Program-made: the position numbers and the translations under genes | Shown: in pieces, positions 36,320 through 45,600 of the stretch | Layout: every line of letters starts with the position of its first letter | How positions within the stretch are numbered: position 1 is the stretch's first letter | The notes under the pieces: model-generated | Databases searched by the model: none | What the model was told of the DNA's origin: nothing | Seen by the model: the letters and a program-made list of their open reading frames with translations, nothing else | Source: an uncultured Bacteroidales bacterium | GTDB taxonomy: Bacteria > Bacteroidota > Bacteroidia > Bacteroidales > JAUNSR01 | Direction: 5' to 3' | DNA: 64,000 nt | Assembly (NCBI GenBank): GCA_947074105.1 | Contig: CAMTON010000006.1 | Location: 3,445-67,444, forward strand

Positions 36320-37311
36320 AAAAGCATGAAATTAAAAGAGTTCTGAATTTATTACTGATCACATTGATTACATTATCCGGTCTTTCCGCACGTGAAATAA
36401 CAGATATGGCGGGAAGAAAAGTAAATATCCCGGATGATATCACCGCAGTACTTCCCCATGATGAAAAGACGGGAATTCTTATTTATCCTGTGCTGACAGA
36501 TATGATGATTGGGAGATGTATAAATTCACACAGTAATAAAATGAATAATATAAGTGATGAATATAAAGCTTTAAAAGATTACGATATAAGAAATCATGAG
36601 GATATCATCATGGCACGTCCCGATATTATACTTGCAGGATGCTTCATCCCGGAAAATTATGACCGTTATGACAGATTAAGCGCAAAACTGAATATTCCTT
36701 TTGTCGTAATAGATATGAATACAATGTCAATTCCCGCAACTTATGATTTTTTAGAAAATCTCATCGGCAAGACCAATGAACGGGCAAAAGACTGTAAGCA
36801 TTTCCTGAATGATTTTTTTAAAGATCTTGAAGATATGAAAGCGGCAAATAAAGATAAAATACCGGGTGTTTATCTTGCAATGAGTGAAGACGGCCTTAAA
36901 ACCGCACCATCAGGAAGCCGACATTCTCAGATACTGGATATAATGGGAATTACAAATATTGCTGATACCGATATTCCCACAAAAGGTCTTGCTTCTGTAT
37001 CAATGGAACAAATCATGATGTGGAAACCGGAATATATTTTCACTGTAACCAAAGAAGGCAAAAGTTCCTACGGCAATATATGTTCATCTGCATTATGGAA
37101 AGATATTCCCGCCGTAAATAACGGAAAAGTATATGATATATGTGAAGATCCGTATTCATGGTTCGGCAATCCTCCGTCCATAAATATCATACCGGGTATG
37201 ATAATGCTTTCAGGGATGTTTTATGATATGCCGCAGGACGTAGCAAAAGATAAAATAAAAGAATTCTATAATTTATTTTATGGAGTGGATATCTCCCATC
37301 TCAATTATTAA
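36316..37311 (+). CDS. periplasmic class-III (FecB/BtuF/HemT-type) substrate-binding protein; paralog of 6247-7269
   Basis: AREITDMAGRKVNIPDD, RPDIILAG, and WFGNPPSINIIPG motif. ATGA start/stop overlap with the upstream gene (ATG 36316, TGA 36317-36319). Confidence 0.8.
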   Translation: MKKHEIKRVLNLLLITLITLSGLSAREITDMAGRKVNIPDDITAVLPHDEKTGILIYPVLTDMMIGRCINSHSNKMNNISDEYKALKDYDIRNHEDIIMARPDIILAGCFIPENYDRYDRLSAKLNIPFVVIDMNTMSIPATYDFLENLIGKTNERAKDCKHFLNDFFKDLEDMKAANKDKIPGVYLAMSEDGLKTAPSGSRHSQILDIMGITNIADTDIPTKGLASVSMEQIMMWKPEYIFTVTKEGKSSYGNICSSALWKDIPAVNNGKVYDICEDPYSWFGNPPSINIIPGMIMLSGMFYDMPQDVAKDKIKEFYNLFYGVDISHLNY

Positions 37312-37981
37312 TTTCCAGAGAATAATAGCAGAATATATCTTTTCCGTCATTATGACTGAACGCAGCAATATATAATGTATTCCCGTTTACCCAAAACACC
37401 GGCATTTCATATTCCGTAACGCAGATATCCATACTATCATTATTAAATCGTGCCAGGGAATACATTATTCCGTTGTGCAGTTTTCCTATTTGTATAGATA
37501 AACTGTTATCACAATCATCTCTTCTTAATCCTGCCCACATACCGTTCTCAGACATCACACCATATGTCCCTGCGATATGATCACCATATAATATTCTCCC
37601 CGATTCTTTTGAGAGGGAATCTTTTTCGCTGCTAATAAATCCGGCATAACAGAAATGTAAATCCGGAATATAATACAAATGTAAATCAAGTCCGGGATAA
37701 TATCCTCCGTAAGTAATCAGGTCTCTCGGACAACTTAATTCACTTTCCGCTATAAATCTCGTCTCTTCACTCAGATTATTCTCTATTATATCAAAATATT
37801 CATCGGTTAAAGGATTATCCGTTGAATCAGATATCAGACAAGCGTTATAATTCTTCGCCAGACCACGCTGGAACTCTGCTTTGGTGATTGGTATTAATTC
37901 GAATTTATAATCTTGTGTTTCCTGTGATATTACCGATATAGCAGAAAACAGAATGGCTGTTAACAGTAAGATTCTTTTCAT
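37301..37981 (-). CDS. hypothetical secreted protein
   Basis: ATG 37981 gives the signal peptide MKRILLLTAILFSAISVISQ. No family motif recognised. Confidence 0.5.
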   Translation of the reverse strand: MKRILLLTAILFSAISVISQETQDYKFELIPITKAEFQRGLAKNYNACLISDSTDNPLTDEYFDIIENNLSEETRFIAESELSCPRDLITYGGYYPGLDLHLYYIPDLHFCYAGFISSEKDSLSKESGRILYGDHIAGTYGVMSENGMWAGLRRDDCDNSLSIQIGKLHNGIMYSLARFNNDSMDICVTEYEMPVFWVNGNTLYIAAFSHNDGKDIFCYYSLEINN

Positions 37982-38242
37982 ACGGTATTTTCTATATATA
38001 ATAAAATTAAGAAAAAACCTCAATTCAAACAATTAGGATCCAGATATTTGCACTCAATTCTTTAATGAAAATCGTTATATACAGATATTATTCAATAAAA
38101 AAGCATTTTATATATTATAAATTCTTTTTGCCTCCTTACACTAACCAAAATATAAATTAATTTTATTAAATATGTTACATATATTTGTAAATCATCTCAT
38201 TAACTGAGATATAATAATTTATTTATCAGAAAGGAGTATAAT

Positions 38243-38794
38243 ATGAATTTAGAAGAACTCAGAACCGATTGTTCTTTAAAACAAAAAAAAGGATTGCATT
38301 TTATTCTGGCATCGATAGTGATATGGTGCGCAATCTTAGTTGTACAATTATTGGAAATTCCCGTATTGACAAAAAATCTGCTCACCTTTTGTTGCACCGC
38401 TCCCCTTGCACCTCTGGCTTTCCTGATCTCTAAAATGATTAAGGTTGATTTTCAGAGTAAAGAAAATCCACTTACCAATCTTGGTATTTTATTTGCCCTT
38501 AACCAGATTGTCTATCTTTTAATCGCTATGTGGATCTACTATGAGATGCCAGACAAGATGATTATGGTGATTGCCATTATTTTCGGAGCACATCTTATGC
38601 CTTTCAGCTGGCTTTACAGATCAAAGACATATCTTATTTTATCTATAGTCATTCCTGTTGCTTCATTAATAGCGGGATTAAATTTTCCTCCTTACATATT
38701 GGCAATAATGATGATAGCTTTTGAAATGATATTCAGCGTTTGTTTAATATTTGAAAATAAAATGCTGAAAGAATCAGAACAGACTGTATCTTAA
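38243..38794 (+). CDS. small integral membrane protein (about 5 TM)
   Basis: Hydrophobic segment pattern only. Confidence 0.5.
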   Translation: MNLEELRTDCSLKQKKGLHFILASIVIWCAILVVQLLEIPVLTKNLLTFCCTAPLAPLAFLISKMIKVDFQSKENPLTNLGILFALNQIVYLLIAMWIYYEMPDKMIMVIAIIFGAHLMPFSWLYRSKTYLILSIVIPVASLIAGLNFPPYILAIMMIAFEMIFSVCLIFENKMLKESEQTVS

Positions 38795-38850
38795 AAATGA
38801 CAGAAAGAATATTATTATCTATCATTTTCATCACAATTCTGAAATAAAAA

Positions 38851-38886
38851 ATAGCGTGAGTCTTATATTACTCACGCTATTTTTTT
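38851..38886. terminator. bidirectional rho-independent terminator
   Basis: ATAGCGTGAGT / ACTCACGCTAT stem, A-run before and TTTTTT after. Confidence 0.75.
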
Positions 38887-38994
38887 GTCTGTTTCTGTAC
38901 TATAATTGCTTTACGTACTGTAATGACAGTAATAGTAATTAATAATATTGTTATTGACTTTTAGTGAAATGCAAAAATTCACCAAGAGAAAAAT

Positions 38995-40533
38995 CTATTT
39001 CTTGTTTTGTCCGGATCTCCTCTTCCTTCTACGATACATTACAAAACCTGTAATAGTAATTAAAGAAAGTATAATTCCGGAGATAAACACAAAAAGATCA
39101 GAGAAGAAGCCCAAAAGAGGTTTATATATTCTTCCAGTATGAACTTCCAAAGCTAAATGCCACAATGAGATTCTATCGGGGGATTCTATCCCGGTCATAG
39201 GAATAAACTGACCGTTTCGGTGAATATACCGTGCACCGAATGAATATCCAAAAGCAACATCTCCCGCAAGAAAATCGGCTGTATAGCCAGTCACAGCCAA
39301 TTGATTTCGAGGTGGTCCCGGTCTATGCGGTGTTATCGGGAGTTTTGTTAGATAGTCTATACTTTTCCCTGTATTTCTATCCCATAGCACCAATCCGTCA
39401 AAAGAGCCGACAATCCAGTAATTTTGAAAAACCTGTTGCATAATATTCACCCCCATTACACTTACTCGCGGAGAAGAAGGGATTAATTTTGGTTGTGCAT
39501 CCAGATTATTCATTGAATAGAATCCTTCTGATGTATATAGTAACCATTCATTTTGTTCAATATCATAGTTTATACAACGTAGTCTATCGTTCCATGCATT
39601 ATCTGAATCAAGTGTGGAATAAGGCAATGGAGTTACATCAGATCTTATTATGCTAATTAATAATGGCGGACGTAGAAAAGCGCCACTTACAAACAATATA
39701 AGGATCAGAAAAGTAAGCCAATAACCAAGTTTTCCATGCCATTTATACGAAGGGCGAAGAGCAGAAATAAATATATTTATATTTCTGCCTTTTCGTTTAA
39801 GAGGTCTGACAATCTTCGGAAAAAGAAATATTACTATACCAGTAATAGTAAAGATAATTATTGCTACGGCTAAAAGATCTACTACAATTTTACCAATCTC
39901 TCCAAAAAGTTCTCCACTATGTAATCGCCAAATCGTTCTGAACAATGAGACTTTCCCATTATAGCCGACAGGTGCAGCTAATGTTGATTTGGTAAAGCTC
40001 TCAAATGGATATATAGAAAAAAAGGCTTCCGAACGAGAAAGAACAACTAAAGTATCTCCACACGTAGCCATGTCACTTAATCGGCCACCATTGTCAATAA
40101 GAGAAGATACATTATTCCATCTATTGTTATTGGCATCAAGGCGATAAAGATCGAAAGTCGTAACAGCAAAAATATCACCTTTTTCAGTCTTTATTATTTT
40201 TGAAGTATTTCTATTCTCCACACCAGTTTTCATACCTTTTTCAAACCTTTCGACAAAAGTATGCCTTTGATTTGTAAGCCAAATCCCGGACCCTCCATAC
40301 ATCAAAAGAGAGTCTCCCCCAATATCGATTGTGGTTTTAATAGAACTTTGATTCCAATTTTCTAATTTTAGGTAATCCGGTAAATATTTTCTTGAAACAT
40401 CTATACCCGTGACAAGAGATCTGTGATTTAGAATAATCCCGGATATGGCAAATGCCAAAGCGAAGAATGAAAAAATCAATCCAAGCCATTTATGCCATAT
40501 TTTCGATTTGCTTTTTTTTCCGCTTTTAGTCAT
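38995..40533 (-). CDS. PepSY-associated TM helix domain protein
   Basis: KIWHKWLGLIFSFFALAFAISGIILNHR N-terminal PepSY_TM signature, repeated at WRLHSGELFG and LALEVHTGRIY. ATG 40533 is preferred over TTG 40551. Confidence 0.75.
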   Translation of the reverse strand: MTKSGKKSKSKIWHKWLGLIFSFFALAFAISGIILNHRSLVTGIDVSRKYLPDYLKLENWNQSSIKTTIDIGGDSLLMYGGSGIWLTNQRHTFVERFEKGMKTGVENRNTSKIIKTEKGDIFAVTTFDLYRLDANNNRWNNVSSLIDNGGRLSDMATCGDTLVVLSRSEAFFSIYPFESFTKSTLAAPVGYNGKVSLFRTIWRLHSGELFGEIGKIVVDLLAVAIIIFTITGIVIFLFPKIVRPLKRKGRNINIFISALRPSYKWHGKLGYWLTFLILILFVSGAFLRPPLLISIIRSDVTPLPYSTLDSDNAWNDRLRCINYDIEQNEWLLYTSEGFYSMNNLDAQPKLIPSSPRVSVMGVNIMQQVFQNYWIVGSFDGLVLWDRNTGKSIDYLTKLPITPHRPGPPRNQLAVTGYTADFLAGDVAFGYSFGARYIHRNGQFIPMTGIESPDRISLWHLALEVHTGRIYKPLLGFFSDLFVFISGIILSLITITGFVMYRRRKRRSGQNKK

Positions 40534-40577
40534 TATCAAATTTTTTCGCAAAAATATTTAGAAAAAAAACAACTGTA

Positions 40578-40593
40578 TGTAACCAATGTTACA
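40578..40593. promoter_or_regulatory. perfect palindrome TGTAAC-CAAT-GTTACA, candidate Crp/Fnr-family operator of the nrfH promoter
   Basis: 16-bp dyad (TGTAA-N6-TTACA geometry) centred 29.5 bp upstream of the -7 box. A near-identical site has the same spacing at 45532-45547. Confidence 0.55.
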
Positions 40594-40614
40594 CCTCATT
40601 ATTTTTTTGCTTAT

Positions 40615-40622
40615 TATTTTTG
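40615..40622 (+). promoter_or_regulatory. Bacteroidetes -7 promoter box (TAnnTTTG) for nrfH
   Basis: TATTTTTG, 31 nt before ATG 40653. Confidence 0.45.
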
Positions 40623-40652
40623 GGTTTTAATTAATTATTAGACAAATAGTTG

Positions 40653-41243
40653 ATGAGGAAGTTTTTAAATAATATTCCGCAATATTTCATTGTGCTGGTT
40701 TTCGTATTAGGAGGAGTTATTGCAGGGCTGGGGGCTTATATCGTTTATGTTTCCAGAATGCATACTTATGCAACCGACGATCCGTCGGCTTGCATAAATT
40801 GTCATATAATGACTCCTTATTATCAATCTTGGATGCATAGTTCACATGGAGGTCAAACAAATTGTAATGATTGTCATGTACCACAAGATAATACATTTAA
40901 TAAATACTTTTTCAAAGCAGTTGACGGCTTATATCACTCAGCTGTATTCACACTGAAATCCGAACCACAAGTAATCAGAGCACGAGAGGCAAGCAGTAAT
41001 GTAATCATGAATAACTGTATCCGTTGTCATACACAGCTAAATACGGATTTTGTGAATACAGGAATGATTGAATTCACACAAACTCAGACAGGAGAAGGCA
41101 AAGCATGCTGGGATTGTCATCGCAATATTCCTCATACGGTTGTCAGTAATACCGCTTCGTCACCAAATGTTATTGCCCCTATGCCGGCTTCACCGGTTCC
41201 CGGATGGCTTAAAAAAATGATAAATAATAAAAGAAACGAATAG
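40653..41243 (+). CDS. nrfH: cytochrome c nitrite reductase small subunit NrfH (tetraheme NapC/NirT family)
   Basis: N-terminal TM anchor and four CxxCH motifs (CINCH, CNDCH, CIRCH, CWDCH). Confidence 0.9.
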   Translation: MRKFLNNIPQYFIVLVFVLGGVIAGLGAYIVYVSRMHTYATDDPSACINCHIMTPYYQSWMHSSHGGQTNCNDCHVPQDNTFNKYFFKAVDGLYHSAVFTLKSEPQVIRAREASSNVIMNNCIRCHTQLNTDFVNTGMIEFTQTQTGEGKACWDCHRNIPHTVVSNTASSPNVIAPMPASPVPGWLKKMINNKRNE

Positions 41244-41246
41244 ATT

Positions 41247-42746
41247 ATGCTTAAAAAATTATCCGAATCAATTATGCGAAATCCTCTTATCGGTTGGGGG
41301 ATTTTTATTGTTGTTATGGTTGGAGTTTTTGTAATGGGACTTCTGGCCGCCTCTATCACTGAACGAAGAGCTGAAATAGCAACATTGTATGCAAATAAAA
41401 AAGTAGAGATTACAGGTATCAATGCCAAAAATGAGGAATGGGGATTAAACTATCCACGTGAATATGATACCTGGAAAAAGACTAAAAATATGGATTTCAG
41501 AAGCAAACATCTTGGAAATGTGACAGAAGACATATTGGAAAGTCGTCCGGAGATGGTTGTTCTTTGGGCCGGATACGCTTTTTCAAGAGAATATACAGCA
41601 CCTCGCGGACACATGTATGCAATTGAAGATGTTACTCACACATTACGCACAGGTACACCTGACTGTGAAAACAGTGATATGCAACCCTCTACATGTTGGA
41701 GTTGTAAAAGTCCTGATGTGCCTCGTATGATGCAAGAAAAGGGAATAGAAGAGTTCTACAAAGCTGCATGGAGTGAACATGGAAGCGAGATAGTAAATCC
41801 GATTGGTTGTGCTGATTGTCACGATCCTCAGACAATGAATCTTGCAATAACCCGTCCGGCTCTGATTGAAGCTTTTGAACGCCAAGGTCGCAAAATCGAA
41901 GATGCTACTCCTCAGGAAATGCGATCATTGGTATGTGCACAATGTCACGTCGAATATTTCTTTAAAGGTGACGGGAAATATCTGACATTCCCTTGGGATG
42001 GAGGTATAACAGTTGAAGATATGGAAGAGTATTATGATAATTCGAACTATACAGACTGGACTCATTCTCTTTCACGTGCTCCGATGCTTAAGGCTCAGCA
42101 TCCTGATTATGAGCTTTTCCTTCTTGGACCTCATGCTCAACGAGGACTTGGCTGTGCTGATTGTCACATGCCCTATAAATCTGAAGGTGGTATAAAATAT
42201 TCTGATCATCAGATTGTTAGTCCTCTTAAGAATATCTCTTCAACCTGTCAGACCTGTCACCGTGATAGTGAAGCGAACCTGACAAAATATGTATATGAAT
42301 ATCAGGATAAAGCACTTGAAATTCGTAACAGAATAGAAGTAGAACTTACGAAGGCCCATATAATGGCAAAAACTGCATGGGATAATGGCGCGACAGAGTC
42401 TCAAATGAATAAGGCTCTTCAGTTGATTCGCCAAGCTCAATGGCGTTGGGATTATGCAGTGGCATCACACGGAGGCTCATTCCATGCTCCTGTAGAAACT
42501 CAAAGAATATTGGCTCATAGTCTCGACCGTTCGATGCAGGCACAATTAGAGTTACAAAAAACTCTTTTTTCTCTTGGCATTTCAGAAGTAACAATGCCTG
42601 ATGTATCAACAAAGGCAAAAGCTCAAAAGTATATCAATCTTGATATGCAAAAACTTCATAATGAAAAAGAGAATTGGCTTAAAACTACATTACCTACATG
42701 GATTGAAAAGGCCAAAGCAAATGGTAAAATCGTATCAAATATATAA
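41247..42746 (+). CDS. nrfA: ammonia-forming pentaheme cytochrome c nitrite reductase NrfA
   Basis: Active-site CWSCK plus four CxxCH (CADCH, CAQCH, CADCH, CQTCH). 499 aa. Confidence 0.92.
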   Translation: MLKKLSESIMRNPLIGWGIFIVVMVGVFVMGLLAASITERRAEIATLYANKKVEITGINAKNEEWGLNYPREYDTWKKTKNMDFRSKHLGNVTEDILESRPEMVVLWAGYAFSREYTAPRGHMYAIEDVTHTLRTGTPDCENSDMQPSTCWSCKSPDVPRMMQEKGIEEFYKAAWSEHGSEIVNPIGCADCHDPQTMNLAITRPALIEAFERQGRKIEDATPQEMRSLVCAQCHVEYFFKGDGKYLTFPWDGGITVEDMEEYYDNSNYTDWTHSLSRAPMLKAQHPDYELFLLGPHAQRGLGCADCHMPYKSEGGIKYSDHQIVSPLKNISSTCQTCHRDSEANLTKYVYEYQDKALEIRNRIEVELTKAHIMAKTAWDNGATESQMNKALQLIRQAQWRWDYAVASHGGSFHAPVETQRILAHSLDRSMQAQLELQKTLFSLGISEVTMPDVSTKAKAQKYINLDMQKLHNEKENWLKTTLPTWIEKAKANGKIVSNI

Positions 42747-43987
42747 TGACAGAAAGCAGAAATCGAAAAATATGGAGTACTCCCTGGCGATACGCTGAGT
42801 CTATCGCGGTAGTAGTAGCATTGTTAGTTATAGGTTATTTGCTACAGATTGTTGTGGGAGAATTTAATTTCTTCTTGCTTGCCAAACCGGCAAATTATGT
42901 AATCGCATGTGTGATTACATTCATTTGCATTGCAATTGGTCTAAGATGCACAAAGAGTAGCTTTGCTCGTTGGTTATCTGGTGTGGAGATGAGTGTATCG
43001 CTGATTGTAGCACTTTTATTGCTCACAATAATAATGGGGTTTACTCCTCAAACGACTCATAGTCATTCCTTACTGGGATTCGATGTGATGACCTCCTCAT
43101 GGGCTTTCGTGATAATATATACTATAACACTAATTTCTCTTGGTGCATTGGTTGTGCGTCGTCTTAGAGTTTTTAGAATTAAAGATTACGGTTTTTATCT
43201 TAATCACTTTGGGTTATGGTTGTTTTTACTCTGTTCAGGAGTGGGATATGCCGATATGGAACGTTACATAATGCATGTGCGCGAAGGTGAAACAGAATGG
43301 AGAGTATATGATGACGATGAAAATATAAAAGAACTACCAATCGCTATAACGCTCCTTGATTTCGATATGGATTATTATCCACCCAAATTAGCTGTTATTG
43401 ATCTTGAAAATGGAGAAGTTCTTCCAAATGGAAAAGGCGACTATTTTCAAATTGACAACGATATTCCTAAAGGGAATTTAAATGGTTGGGAAATTGAGAT
43501 AAATCAATATATACATAATGCAGTCAGAAACAGTGATAGTACTTATCAGGAAGTACATATGCCTGGAGCTACACCTGCGGCAAAAGTTACAGCAATTAAA
43601 GATGGAATAATTCGTACAGGTTGGATTTGCGGAGGTAATCAAGCTCAATTATTTATGACTCTTTCGCTGGATGATAAAACAAGTATGGTTATGACTGTTT
43701 GTGAACCTCGTAAATTCATTTCCCAAGTAGAGGTTTATACTAAAAGTGAAAAAAATATTAGTGCTGCAATTGAGGTAAATAAGCCTTTAAGAGTAGATAA
43801 TTGGGTAATCTATCAATACGGATACGATAATAATGCCGGACGATTATCATCTTATAGTAGTTTTGAATTAGTGTATGATCCTTGGATTATTCCGGTATAT
43901 ATAGGAATATTGATGATGATGGCTGGCTCACTATCAATGATCTGGGAAGGAAAAAGGAGAAAGGAGAGTGAAAATGATGTGGAGTAA
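42746..43987 (+). CDS. ccsB: system II cytochrome c biogenesis protein CcsB/ResB-like
   Basis: N-terminal TM cluster, large soluble loop, C-terminal TM. 1-nt overlap with the nrfA stop, directly upstream of ccsA. Confidence 0.7.
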   Translation: MTESRNRKIWSTPWRYAESIAVVVALLVIGYLLQIVVGEFNFFLLAKPANYVIACVITFICIAIGLRCTKSSFARWLSGVEMSVSLIVALLLLTIIMGFTPQTTHSHSLLGFDVMTSSWAFVIIYTITLISLGALVVRRLRVFRIKDYGFYLNHFGLWLFLLCSGVGYADMERYIMHVREGETEWRVYDDDENIKELPIAITLLDFDMDYYPPKLAVIDLENGEVLPNGKGDYFQIDNDIPKGNLNGWEIEINQYIHNAVRNSDSTYQEVHMPGATPAAKVTAIKDGIIRTGWICGGNQAQLFMTLSLDDKTSMVMTVCEPRKFISQVEVYTKSEKNISAAIEVNKPLRVDNWVIYQYGYDNNAGRLSSYSSFELVYDPWIIPVYIGILMMMAGSLSMIWEGKRRKESENDVE

Positions 43988-44750
43988 TTTTATATGGTTT
44001 GCACTACCTGCCATATTATTGTGGCTATCTTCCGGTGCTCTTGTGTATTCTAAAAAGAATGAACGTCTATCAAATCTTTTAATGCTCGCCGGGATTGCGA
44101 TATTTGCATTTTTTATTGCAGGTTTTTGGATTCATATTGAACGCCCGCCAATGCGAACAATGGGAGAAACACGTTTATGGTATTCTATGTTTTTATCTAT
44201 CGTCGGATTTGTAGCATATCGTAGATGGAAATATCCATGGCTATTGAGTTTTACAGCAGTTGTTGCAACGGTATTTGTTGTAGTCAATCTGGTAAAACCC
44301 GAAATTCATTCAAAGAGTCTGATGCCGGCTTTGCAAAGTCCCTGGTTTGTTCCTCACGTTACTGCTTATATTCTTTCCTATGCTATGTTTGGCTCGGCAA
44401 CAATCGGAGCTATAATTCAGCTGTGGAAAAAAGATCAGAATAAGGGTGTTTTTAATTTTATCGACAATATGATTTATGTCGGTTATGGTTTTCTTATGCT
44501 TGGACTTTTGATGGGCGCTATTTGGGCAAAAGAAGCCTGGGGCCATTATTGGTCATGGGATCCAAAAGAAACATGGGCTTTTGTAACTTGTGCTGCTTAT
44601 CTTGGCTATATACATATAAGATTAAGGAGGAATAAAAAAAGCAATACGGTTGCTCTATGGTTTGTAATTCTAGCCTTTATATTATTAATGATTACATGGA
44701 TTGGAGTTAATTATCTCCCTTCTGCTCAAAGCAGTGTTCATGTTTATTAA
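43974..44750 (+). CDS. ccsA: cytochrome c biogenesis protein CcsA/ResC
   Basis: Trp-rich heme-handling motif WGHYWSWDPKETW. The start could be GTG 43968 or ATG 43974; both overlap the ccsB 3' end. Confidence 0.88.
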   Translation: MMWSNFIWFALPAILLWLSSGALVYSKKNERLSNLLMLAGIAIFAFFIAGFWIHIERPPMRTMGETRLWYSMFLSIVGFVAYRRWKYPWLLSFTAVVATVFVVVNLVKPEIHSKSLMPALQSPWFVPHVTAYILSYAMFGSATIGAIIQLWKKDQNKGVFNFIDNMIYVGYGFLMLGLLMGAIWAKEAWGHYWSWDPKETWAFVTCAAYLGYIHIRLRRNKKSNTVALWFVILAFILLMITWIGVNYLPSAQSSVHVY

Positions 44751-44757
44751 AAAAATA

Positions 44758-44795
44758 TTACCCGAATGGCCGATGACTATTCGGGTAATTTTTTT
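44758..44795. terminator. rho-independent terminator after ccsA
   Basis: TTACCCGAAT / ATTCGGGTAA stem followed by TTTTTTT. Confidence 0.8.
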
Positions 44796-44822
44796 ATCCC
44801 TATAACACAATATTTTTAATAT

Positions 44823-45488
44823 TTAAAGTAACAAATTTTCCATAGCGTCAAAATCCAATACCTTACCCTTTCCATTTTGGAAAGTTATAATACCGTCACG
44901 AACCATCTCTGAGATAGCGCGCGAGAGAGACGGACGTTCCACACCAAAATATTCAGCTAAGGACACTATACTTCGTTCAAAATTGAATTCACCGTTCTGC
45001 TCACGAGAAAGTATATAATAGACTATTTTAGCCTTAATTCCCTTTTGTGCAAATATTTTAAGTCTCTCAGATATATATTGCATCCGATTTGCATTAAAGG
45101 CCATAAAACCACGTAAGAAACCGGGACATTTAGCTATCTGTGCCTCTACGGAGTCTTTACTAATATATAATACTTCGCAATCCTGCAATGCAACAACATC
45201 AACGGGAAAACAATTGTCATCAGCAAACAAAAAAGCAGCAGCTAATGGATATGGCGCCTGAACCTCCTCCATTGGAAGAGTCAATCCGGAATTTGAAACA
45301 ATCTCGGTTTTAACTTTCCCCTTTATCAACATTATGAGATATTGAACCTTATCACCCTGATAAGCAATATGTTCCCCTCGTTTATATTCCTTTACCATGT
45401 GTGGAATAGTACATTTTATCTTTTCTATTTCCTCTGCCGATTTATCCCGACACATAGAACAGAAGAATAATAAATCTCTTTTTTCCAT
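44823..45488 (-). CDS. Crp/Fnr family transcriptional regulator (candidate regulator of nrf and cupin promoters)
   Basis: cNMP-binding-like beta-roll (YQGDKVQYLIMLIKGKVK) and C-terminal HTH (LAEYFGVERPSLSRAISEM). N-terminal CSMC pair. Confidence 0.8.
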   Translation of the reverse strand: MEKRDLLFFCSMCRDKSAEEIEKIKCTIPHMVKEYKRGEHIAYQGDKVQYLIMLIKGKVKTEIVSNSGLTLPMEEVQAPYPLAAAFLFADDNCFPVDVVALQDCEVLYISKDSVEAQIAKCPGFLRGFMAFNANRMQYISERLKIFAQKGIKAKIVYYILSREQNGEFNFERSIVSLAEYFGVERPSLSRAISEMVRDGIITFQNGKGKVLDFDAMENLLL

Positions 45489-45531
45489 TGATTTCTATTT
45501 TATTACAAAAATAATAAAAACATTTCAACGG

Positions 45532-45547
45532 CGTAACAAATGTTACA
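45532..45547. promoter_or_regulatory. near-perfect palindrome CGTAAC-AAAT-GTTACA, second candidate Crp/Fnr operator
   Basis: 15 of 16 positions are symmetric. Centred 29.5 bp upstream of the -7 box 45569-45576. Lies in the divergent regulator/cupin intergenic region. Confidence 0.5.
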
Positions 45548-45568
45548 CTAAAAACTATACTGTCATAT

Positions 45569-45576
45569 TATTTTTG
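45569..45576 (+). promoter_or_regulatory. Bacteroidetes -7 promoter box (TAnnTTTG) for the cupin gene
   Basis: TATTTTTG, 25 nt before ATG 45601. Confidence 0.45.
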
Positions 45577-45600
45577 AATTACAATTAAAATCTGAAATCG

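Noticed and set aside
38200-39142. ORFs 38200-38397 (-) and 38948-39142 (+)
   Set aside because: They are antisense to, or overlapping, the better-supported membrane-protein and PepSY-TM genes, with no motifs.
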